From: Chiloscyllium plagiosum
Taxonomy: Eukaryota
DNA length: 64,000 nucleotides
Assembly (NCBI RefSeq): GCF_004010195.1
Contig: NC_057750.1
Span: 20,124,783 to 20,188,782, forward strand
Direction of reading: 5' to 3'
The stretch's first letter is position 1. Every line of letters begins with the position of its first letter. A program made the position numbers and the translations under genes. Positions 1 to 11,000 of this stretch are shown here, in pieces. The notes under the pieces are model-generated. The model worked only from the letters and a program-made list of their open reading frames with translations. It did no database searches and was not told the origin of the DNA.

Positions 1-280
1 CCAGGGATGTGCAGGTTAGGGTGGATTGGCCATGGGAAATTGTCCCATAGTGCCCAGGGATGTGCAGGTTAGGGTGGATTGGCCATGGGACATTGTCCCA
101 TAGTGCCCAGTGTTGTGCAGGTTAGGATGGATTGGCCTTGGGGAAGTGTCCCATAGTGACAGGTGCATTAGTAGGGAGTAGGGGAAGGGGTCTGTGTGGG
201 TTGCTCTTCGGCGGTTCGGTGTGGACCTGTTGGGCTGATGGGCCTGTTTCCATACTGTGGGGAATCTAATCTAATCTCAT
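1..280 (+). mobile_element. HE1/V-SINE-like element, 3' part, with 53-bp internal tandem repeat
   Basis: Units ccagggatgtgcaggttagggtggattggccatgggaaattgtcccatagtgc, then a gggcctgtttcc...aatctaatct tail. Confidence 0.75.
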
Positions 281-419
281 CTCGGTCGATATGAAGGTTA
301 CCACCACCAGGTGGGCAACTTGGAATGAGCAATTAATACTGGCCCAGAGAGTAACACCTCCACCCCATGACCGTTTCAGAAAAACACCCACGCAACATAA
401 TTAAGCAAAGAACAAATAA

Positions 420-1830
420 AATGTACAGCCCAGGAACAGGCCCTTCGGCCCTCCAAGCCTGAGCCTATCCAAATGTACTGTCTAAACCCATCGCCCAATT
501 CCTGAGCATCTGTATCCCTCTGCTCCCCACCTACTCCTGCATCTGTCTAGACGCCTCTTAAATGAATCTACCGTGCCCGCCTCTACCACCTCTGCTGGCA
601 CCGCGTTCCAAACACCCACCACCCTCTGTGCGAAGTACTTGCCACGTGTGTCCCCCTTAAACTTTCCACCTCTCACCTTGAAAGCATGACCTCTGGTTAT
701 TGAATCCCTCACCCTGGGAAAAAGCTGGTCTCTACCCACCCTGTCTATACCCTTCATGATTTTGTAAACCTCAATCAGGTCCCCCCTCAATCTCCTTTTT
801 TCTAGTGAAAATAAACCCAACCTACTCAACCTCTCCTCACAGCTAGCACCTTCCATACCAGGCAACATCCTCGTAAACCTTCTCTGCACCCTCTCCAAAG
901 CGTCCACATCCCTTTTGGTAATGTGGTGCCCAGAACTGTGCACAGTATTCTAAATGTGGCCGAACCAATGTCTTGTACAATGTTAACATGACCTGCCAGC
1001 TCTTATACTCAATACCCCGTCCAATGAAGGCAAGCTTACTATATGACTTCTTGACCACTCTCTCCACCTGTGCAGCAAACTTCCGGGTACAATGGACCCG
1101 CACTCCCAGATCTCTCTGCCCATCCCAAGGCTCTTCCGTTCATTGTATAATTCGCTCTAGAATTAGTCTTACCTAAATGCATCACCTCACATTTGTCTGG
1201 ATTGAAATCCAGCTGCCACTTTTCCGCCCAACTCTCCAGTCTATCTATATCCTCCTGTATTCTCTGACAGTCCCTTATCCTTTCTGCTCCTCCACCAATC
1301 TTCGTGTCATCTGCAAACTTGCGGATCATACCAACAGTGCCCTCTTCCAGATCATTTATGTTTATTACAAACAACAGTCCAATCTTTGTGTCATCTGCAA
1401 ACTTGCTGATCATACCAACAGTGTCCTCTTCCAGATCATTTATGTATATTACAAACAACAGTGGCCCCAACACTGACCCCTGGGGAACACCACTGGTCAC
1501 CTTCCTCCATTTTGGGAAACTCCCTTCAACTACTACTCTCTGTCTCCTGTTGCTCAACCAGTTCTTTATCCTCCGAGGTAGAACACCCTGCACACCATGT
1601 GACTTCACTTTCTCCATTAGTCTACCATGGGGAACCTTATCAAACGCCTTACTAAAGTCCATGTATATGACATCAACAGCCCTTCCTTCATCTATCAACT
1701 TGGTCGCTTCCTCAAAGAACTCTATTAAGTTGGTAAGGCACGGTCTCCCCCACACAAAGCCATGTTGCCCATCACTGATAAGCTCATTTTTTTTTCTAAA
1801 TATAAGTAGATCCTATCCCTCAGTCCCTTG
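420..1830 (-). mobile_element. CR1-type LINE 3' fragment (RT) with frameshifts
   Basis: [64 protein letters not shown]. Confidence 0.93.
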
Positions 1831-1905
1831 TCCAGAAAGAAAGGGATATTTGGAGTTGGAGAGATCCCACAGTTACCAGCAGGCTATATGCTTGTCATTA
1901 CTTAC

Positions 1906-2076
1906 TCCAGCGTTTGGAGCGTACAGCTCCTTTGTCCCAGAGCAGCAATCATCAGTCTGATTCCCTGGTCTCCCAGCTTGTTCTTATTCAAGTTCAGAGA
2001 TGTCAATGACCAATTGGTGCTGAGGGTCAACATCAGCTTTTCAACGACCTTCCCCCGAATCAGGTTCTCACACAGC
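1906..2076 (-). CDS. NLR LRR exon (171 bp)
   Basis: LCENLIRGKVVEKLMLTLSTNWSLTSLNLNKNKLGDQGIRLMIAALGQRSCTLQTL; GTAAGT donor. Confidence 0.92.
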
Positions 2077-5000
2077 CTGGGGATGAGAAGGAGCACAGGG
2101 TGGAACAAGTGCCTGAGCGAGGAAACGTCGCTGACATACAGGGAACACAGAGGCAGATTAACTTACAGCAGAGACTGTATTTTACACTGCGGGCTGCTCA
2201 GCGCCTCACACACGTTCGTCACTCCAGTATCCCCCAGTTTATTCTGACTCAGATTGAGCTGTGTCAGTGACGAGTTGCTGCTGAGCCCCTTGGCCAGTTC
2301 CTGGGCGTCGGTGTGAGAGAGATCATTGGAAGACAAGCTGGGGGGGGTGGGAACAGAGTAGAATGGGAAATGTGTTATTGTTGGAGCAGTGAGGTTAACG
2401 TGCCCAACCCACACACCCCTCAGCACCCAATGTGCACAGCACATCACTTACTCCAGTATCTGTATTTGACAGTCCTCCCTCTTCAGTGTCTCAGACAGCA
2501 GTTTCACTCCGTTGTCAGTGAGATTATTACCTCGCAGTCTAGACACAAAGCACACAGAGACCAGGGGCTGTAATGAGTTAATTCAGGATAACATCCATTG
2601 ACAAAATCCTAAGTTTGCTATTGTATTTGAATTCCTAAAGAAGGGCTCATGCCCGAAACGTCGATTCTCCTGCTCCCTGGATGCTGCCTGACCTGCTGCG
2701 TTTTTCCAGCAACACATTTTCCAGCTCTGATCTCCAGCATCTGCAGGCCTCACTTTCTCCCCATTGTATTTGAATAACAAACATCCATGACTTTGTGTTG
2801 ACGGACAGACGTCAGAGCAGGAGCAGAACAGTGAAAGGTAAAGGACACAATCTGCTCTGGAAGATTGCGGCAGATTAAAGAGGAGGCAGCGTTATGGGTA
2901 ACGTGGTCAGTTCGGGATCAGAGGGTGTGCTTTGTCACCAGGACGTGCACACACAGGAGATGATGATGATGGTGACATGGTCCTGACTGAACACTGATGG
3001 TCTGATCCCTTTGCAAAACCATCCGTTAGGTTTCTCTCCATTTTTAACCACCTGACAATCAGACTTTCCTTTCTCTGTGATTACCTCTCTCTCTCTTTCC
3101 TTCAGTCTGTCTATTGACCCTGATCTGAGGAAGGGTCACTGGACCCGAAATGTTAATTCTGCTTTCTCTCTCCACAGACGCAGCCAGGTCGGCTGAGCTG
3201 TTCTAGCAATTTCTGCTTTTGTCCGCATTGACGCAGTCTTCCTCTTTAAACCAAACTCCCTTCTTAGAAAAATCTGATCCCGCCCCTGGGAGTGACTGTC
3301 TGCGTGGAGTCTGCACATTCTCCCCCCCGTGTCTGCGAGGGTTTCCTCTGGGTGCTCCGGTTTCCTCCCACAGTCCAAAGATGCCCAGGTTCGGGTGGAT
3401 TGGCCATGGAAAATTGTCCCATAGTCCCCAGGGATGTGCAGGTTAGGGTGGATTGGCCATGGGAAATTGTCCCATAGTCCCCAGGGATGTGCAGGTTAGG
3501 GTGGGATTGGCCATGGGAAATTGTCCCATAGTCCCCAGGGATGTGCAGGTTTGGGTAGATTGGCCATGGGAAATTGTCCCATAGTGTCCAGGGATGTGCA
3601 GGTTAGGGTGGATTGGCCATGGGAAATTGTCCCATAGTGTCCAGGGATGTGCAGGTTAGGGTGGATTGGCCATGGGAAATTGTCCCATAGTGTCCAGGGA
3701 TGTACAGGTTAGGGTGGATTGGCCGTGGGAAATTGTCCCATATGCCCAGGGATGTGCAGGTTAGTGTGGATTGCCCATGGGAAATTGTCCCATAGTGCCC
3801 AGGGATGTGCAGGTTAGGGTGGATTGGCCATGGAAAATTGTCCTATAGTGCCCAGGGATGTGCAGGTTAGGGTGGGATTGGCCATGGGAAATTGTCCCAT
3901 AGTGCCCAGGGATGTGCAGGTTAGGGTGGTATTGGCCATGGGAACTTGTCCCATAGTGCCCAGGGATGTGCAGGTTAGGGTGTGATTGGCCATGGGAAAA
4001 TTGTCCCATAGTGCCCAGGGATGTGTAAGATAGGTGCATTAGTCAGGGGAACATAGAGTGATAGGGTAGGGGAATGGGTCTGGGTGGGCTACTCTTCAGA
4101 GGATCAGTTTGGACTTGTTGGGCCGAAGGGCCTGTTTCCACACTGTAGGGAATCTATGAATTGACTTGGGTCTTAGAATTGTGGTTAAATTGAATGCAAA
4201 ATTCCCACAGACTGCCTTGATGGACTGGGCAGTGGCTGGGGCAAAGACCTGACAATCAATTCTGGGAATGGTTGGTCCTCCTGCTTGCAGCCCCCTAATC
4301 CTGGTGTCATATTAAGGATGCATTTAACATCCACCCACGGATGTGCAATGCGGGAGATGACCCAGATTACTGGGACATTATCCCAGTGCCCCATAGTGAC
4401 AGCACCAGGGGAGAACTGCAGGGAAATATATTTAACTGGAGGTATTTAAGTGTTGGGAGTTTTAGACGGCATGCCTGTGACGTTATGGCTGGTGTTCCTT
4501 CACAGTGATGCTGTCCCAAGTCTCACCGAATCAGGGGAAAATTCAAGATGCTAAGTTTCCCAGAACGTCTGAGGGAAGCGACTCTGACAGATTTTGTGAT
4601 GAAAGGAAAATCATTCTAATTTGGAACTGCCAATGGAGAAATGCAATGTCTGCGATATGTTTAACAAGGGACAGACATTCGACTGCCTGGACCGTACCTG
4701 AGCGCCTTGCACTTGTGTAGGGCAGAAGCGAGCCTCTGGATGCCTTCCGTTCCCAGGCCGCAGTAGCTGAGGTTAAGTCCCTGGACCTCATGGCAGGGAC
4801 GACAAACAGTCCCCAGTACGGTGCAGTCCACAGGGGTCAGGCGAAGTGCATTGTAAGGGAAGTCATCTCCAAGCGTGAGGGTCCCTCTCAATCCCACAGC
4901 GTGCTGCATTAACCCCGCGTGCTGTGATTCAAAGAGATAGTGCATAGATTCCAACAGCCTGCGTTTGCTGGAGCTGGCCTCAGCTTGTGTCTTCACCCAG

Positions 5001-8000
5001 TCTCTCACCGAGCAGGTGACCTCATGAGGGAGGGGTCCGAGGAGGTCTTTGATTACCTGTGCGCAACCCGGCGATGATAGACCGACCATAAACCTGAGGA
5101 ATGTCTTGAATCGGTCGTCTCCCTGGGGAGAGTCGAGGAGCTGGGTGAGGAACCGTGTCAGGCTCGGTGCGTCTGCAGTCAGGTATTTACTGAGGGCTGC
5201 GAGGAATTCTTGCAGGGTGACGTGAACGAACGAGAAAAGCGACCGAGACGTGCTTGGGTCCATGTGCTGTATCAGGAACCCCGGCAGGGCGTACGATCGC
5301 TCCACGTTGCAACAATTTAAATGGCTCTCATTAAAAGCGTGGATGTTTTGGCAGATGCCCAGATAGGCCAGCTGACCAGTCCTGAGCACCAAGTCACGGA
5401 TTTGTTCAGCACTGACAGCATGATGTTTATAAATGTTGAACTGATGGTTTTTGAAGATGTTTGACATGTAACTTGCAAATAATTGAGTGACAGACGTAGG
5501 GAGTGTTTCCTGAGTCTCCTGCATTCGTCTTAAGCCAGGGGCCAGTGAGTAGCAGATGATTCTGCAATAAGACGGATTGTCACACATGGAATACAGGATG
5601 TCATTCTGTTCCAGATAGGTGAACGCTGCTTCTGCCAGCCTCTGATCTCCAAAGTATTTCCCCAAGAACTCCTTGCGCTGTGCCTTCAGGAAGCCTACGA
5701 TCTCTGCCCACAGATTGACCCCAGCGTTTCTCAGCGTCTGCAGTTCAGTCGGGCGGGTTGTCAGCAAGACCGAGCAGCCCCTCAGTACGTCTTGTCGGAT
5801 CAGGCAACGCACAATGTCCGAGACCTCGCACAGACATTCCGGGTGGAAGCACTGGCGCTCGGGCAGCGTGTTTCCCTTCGGCTCTGTGAAATCAATCTTC
5901 TCCTTGAACTCCTCCAGACTGTCCAATATAAACAGCAGCCCCTGAGGCTGCTCCCAGAGATGCTCCATACTGTCCCCAAAGTGAGGATACGAATCCAGGA
6001 TCAGCTTCTTGATGCTTGTCCTGCCTGCAACGCTGTTGAGGTCTCGAAACTTAAGAAGGAACACAAAGTGGAACTGGTGATAGATCTTACCCTCGGCCCA
6101 GTCCCGGACAATCTTCTGGGCCATGGTCGTTTTCCCGCTCCCTGCTGGCCCACTCACCACCACCGTCCCAGGCAAGTTACTCTTCCCGAAGCTGCTCCTG
6201 AACAGCTGACCGACCCTCACGGTCTCCCACTGGGACTTAATCATCTTCCTTTGTCCTTCCTCACGCCTCTTCCCCCTCACTGTCAGGGTGTGCCCCGAAA
6301 CACCCTGTTCAGGACCGGAAACAACGATGACCTGTTCAGTGTAGCACTCCTCCAGACAGGACTTATCCCTCTCCCCACCGGCAATGTTGACCCAGAAGTC
6401 CTCATTGGCTTGAAGAAGGAACCTTTTGTATTGGGTCTGGATATCTTGAAGTGAAAGTGAAAGTTGTTATAAACAAAACCGACAACACCGCAATAGGTCA
6501 GGAACGTAATCAAAATAGGCTAATTGAATGCTTGCTTTTCTAATTAGGGGACAGAATGTTGCCTGGTCTGGAGGGAAGGTCTTACGAGGAAAGGCTGAGG
6601 GACTGGAGGCTGTTCTCGTTGGAGAGAAGAAGGTTGAGAGGTGACTTAATAGAGACATATAAAATAATCCGAGGGTTAGATAGGGGGGGACAGGGAGAGC
6701 CTTTTCCCTCAGATGGTGATGGTTGGGACAAGGGGATGTAGCTTTAAACTGAGGGGTGATAGATATAGGACAGATGTCAGGGGGAAGGTTCTTTACTCAG
6801 AGAGTAGTGGGGTGGGGGGGGGGGGATGGTGGAACGCCCTGCCTGTAACAGGGTTCACTCGCCAACTTTGGATTATGCAGATGGAGGAGAATGGGATAGT
6901 GTAGGTTAGATGGGCTTCAGACTGGGTCAGCACAACATCGAGGGGCCGAAGGGGCCTGTACTGGGCTGGAATGGTCTATGTTCTAGAAGTCCAATGGGAT
7001 GCAGGTTATTAACGTTTTATTAATAAAATTAGAGTATTTTAAGTCACATAGTTAATTGGTGGTGGGTAATCATGGTGTTAAGAATTAAAGTGCTTGCGAC
7101 ACACGACAGATGATGAGTGGTAACGTAAAATTAGATAATAATATAATCTAGGGATAAAATAAATTTTTAAAAGTTCCAATTTCTGAACAGGTTTTAAAAG
7201 GGATCTTTTAGGATTTTCAATCCATTTTCCTAGTTGGTTTTCCCAATCCGATTGGCTTACACCAATCCATGAGTCTATCTTTGCTCCGAAATATTTATCA
7301 GTACTTCCTGGGTCTATAAATTGTATATCACCCTCGTTAAACTTCCAATTTGCTTTATCATTTTATATAAACGTTTTGTTTTTATAAGTAAAGCAAAACC
7401 CTTTAGTTTGTCTTCTATTGACCTCCATCCCCGTATTATTACAAAATTTCTCAACCAGTTTTAAATTGTGTGCCATTCCACCGTAGGATTGGCTAACTCG
7501 AGCTAGAGTTGCACAATGATAGCTCTCTTTATCTTGACCTAAAAATAATCCTCGTTTTCTTTCTTCAATAGTGCTTATGGTGGGGGGGGGGTGGGGGCGT
7601 AAATATATCAAAAAGAATTGGTGATAACGCATCACCCTGTCTGTCCCCTCTTAAAGTTTTAATCTTCTCAGTTTTACAATTAAAACCTTCAATCTGAGCA
7701 AAATTATTTTCATACAAATTTGTAATTAGTTTAATAAATGCTGAGGGGAGCTGAAGCCTTATAATTAATTTCTGTCCTACGGTATTGCCAGGTCTACGAA
7801 TAAATCAATTTTATTTTTCTTGGCTCCATTTACAATGTTCTCCAGAATTTTAATATTTTCTTCACACCCTGCCATAAAACCTTTCTGCCTTTTATTTAAG
7901 GTTATAACTACTCTCCTCAATCTATTGGCTCTAATTCTTGTAAATTATTTCTTTCAGCGCCAGCCAATCTGGTCCCTTCATGGCCTGACTTACGTCTTCG

Positions 8001-11000
8001 ACCGTGAAAGGACCAGTCGGTATGTCGCATACCGATCCCTCAATCTGACCTCTGTGTTTCGCAAAACCTCTTAGATTACTTTTATCTGTGGAGTGAGATG
8101 GTCTCTCTTTGAAATAATCCTCTAATTCCTCTTTGCGAAGCGGACTTAGCCGGAGCCCCCCACCAGAGTTCTAGCTAAATACGTTTTGTATAAAACCTGT
8201 TCTCCTCCAGTTTCTGCATCCAGCGTCACAGTTTTTGGCTTCGGTTTTTACCCAATCAGTGGTTGTGTTCCCCAGAACTTACAGATTTGAGAGGGTTTTT
8301 TTTTTGTTAATCACTGACCGGGGGAGCAGTATTCATGGCCTGTCCCTACCTGGAGGTGGGGGAAGGGGAACTTTGAACCACTTGCACCGCGTGGCATTTA
8401 GGGTCAACCACAACACCCTAAGGGAGGGATTTCCCGGGATTTCGACCCGACCAACCACACTGAAGGAATGACAATATCGTGTTTTCTTATTCCTTTACGG
8501 GGTGAGGGAGTCACTGGCTGGGCCAGCATTTATTACCCATCTCACATTGCCCCGAGGGCAGTTGAGAGCTAACCACGTTTTAGGCCAGGCCGGGTAGGGA
8601 TGGCAGATTCCTTCCTTCCCCGAAGGATTGATGAACCCGTTTGGGTCTTTGCCAACAATCAGCAATGGATTTATGGTCACCACGAGACTCTGTCTGCCAG
8701 ATGTTCAAATCCCACCACCTGCCACAGCGGGGTTCAAGCCCAGATCCCCGGGACATTACCCTGGTCTCTGCATTAACAGTCCAGCCATAATACTACCACA
8801 TCAGGAAGGTGAGAGGCTTGGAGGGGAACTTGCAGGGGGTGGGAGGGTGGGGGGGGGGGGGGTGATCTTCCCCTTTGAATCTGCTGCCCAGGCCCTTCCA
8901 GATGGGACAGTGATTGTGGTTTGGAACGTGATGTCCGGAGAGCCATCGTGGGAGATGGTGCACACTGCTGCTACTGAGCACTGGGGTGTCCGTCAAGCAG
9001 GGTTATCTGGCTTGTTTTTGAGAAGACGTGTAGCTCAGGTTGAGGCTCTGGATGTGGGTTTGCGCGCTGGAGCTGGGAGGTTCACTTCCAGACGTTAACG
9101 AGGTAACATCTTCAGTGGGCCTCAGGCGAAGCAGTGTACATGATTCCTGCTCTCTATCTGGGTTTCCTTGGGTTGGTGATGTCACTTCCTGTGGTGATGT
9201 CATCTCCTGTTCTTTTTCTCAGGGGGGGGTGGTCGGTGGCGTCTAACTCGATGCGTTTGTTGGTCGAGTTCAGGTTGGGATTGCCATTATTTTAGGAATT
9301 CTCATGCGGGTCTCTGTTTGGCTTGTCCTAGGATGGATGTGTTGGCCCAGAAACCCTAGCCCCTCTCCCCTACATCAAAGACATCTTGGAAATGACTGCC
9401 AGACTACTCAGACCCCTTGGCATCATGGTAGCCCACAAACCCACCAACACGCTAAAACAACAGTGAATGAACTTGAAAGACCCTACACAGGCAACAAGCA
9501 AAACTAATGTCATTTACAAAATACCGTGCAAGGACTGTAACAACCACTACGTTGGACAGACAGGCAGAAAACGAGCCACCAGGATACATGAACACCAACT
9601 CGCCACCAAAAAGACATGACCCTCTCTCACGAGTATCCTCACACACGGATGAGGAGGGACCCCACTTAGACTGGGACAACACGTCCATCCTGGGACAATC
9701 CAAACAGAGACACGCACGAGAATTCCTAGAAGCATGGCATTCCAACCGGAACTCCATCAGCAAACACATCGAGTTAGACCACCCCCTGAGAAAAGGAGCA
9801 GGAAGTGACTTCAGCACAGGAAATGACATCACCAACCCGAAGAAACCCAGACATATAAACAGAAAGCAGGAAGTACCAGCTGATGTTGATATTGGAGAAT
9901 TCAGTGAAAAAAAATCCACAGCATGCCCAGCTGCCGTGATTTCCTCTGGTCGGGGCTGGTCTTTCTCGGTTATTGTGTACCATCAATGTTGGATGTTACT
10001 CATCACCCAAACCTGGACATTCTCCAGGTCTTGCTGCACTTGCTTTGAGTATCTGAGCAGTCACGAAAGGTGCTGAACATTGTCGGTGAACGTGCCCCAC
10101 TTCTGCCCTCCTGACCGAGGGAAGGGTCATTGATGAAGCAGCTGAAGGTGGTCGGGCCTCGGACACTACCCTGAGGGAATCCTGCAGAGATGTCCCTGGG
10201 GCTGAGATGGAAGCTGTCAAAAACCTTGTGACTTCCAATTTCGTGTTGCTGATCTTGGTTGACAACTGAAAGAAATAAACTCATACACAACAGGAAGACA
10301 GAAGCTCAGCCATCTGTTGATGTTGAGATGGGATTAGCTTAACACCAGCTTAATTACCCCAGGCTGGGGACAGCCAATGTGAAATTGTGAAGCCAAGACG
10401 CTGCGGTATATAGAACTGTGCTTGGTTATTAGGGCCCACCAAGTTAAAAAGTCTTAGCTTCCAAATAAACACCACTGTGGGGGTCAGACGGGAGAGTGAG
10501 AATCAGGTCTGAGCTACAGGGAGGGGCTGAACAGGCTGGGGCTGTTTTCCCCGGAGCGTCGGAGGCTGAGGGGTGACCTTATAGAGGTTTATAAAATTAT
10601 GAGGGGCATGGATAGGGTTACGGCCAAGTCCTGGCAAATGGGATTAGATTAGGTTAGGATATCTGGGACAGCATGGATGGACTGGGCCGAAGGGCCTGTT
10701 TCCATGCTGTACATCTCTCTGACTCTAAATGGGACTACATTAGGTTAGGATATCTGGGTCAGCATGGACGGGTTGGGCTGAAGGGCCTGTTTCCGTGCTG
10801 TACATCTCTCTGACTCTAAATGGGACTAGATTAGGTTAGGATATCTGGGACAGCATGGTCGGGTTGGTCCGAAGGGCCTGTTTCCGTGCTGTACATCTCT
10901 CTGACTCTAAATGGGACTAGATTAGGTTAGGATACCTGGGACAGCATGGTCGGGTTGGGCCGAAGGGCCTGTTTCCGTGCTGTACATCTCTCTGACTCTA

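Noticed and set aside
3380..4025. CRISPR-like array (regular repeats with a hairpin)
   Set aside because: No unique spacers and no cas genes; units are head-to-tail copies inside a vertebrate SINE.
4543..4615. Possible extra exon after the NACHT exon (TAG acceptor at 4616)
   Set aside because: Translates to a short non-LRR peptide ending in a stop; the NACHT donor joins exon 2538 in frame. It cannot be excluded as a minor truncating isoform, but nothing supports it.
5673..6454. Plus-strand ORFs of 90 and 220 aa
   Set aside because: Antisense shadows of the NACHT exon with no recognisable domain.
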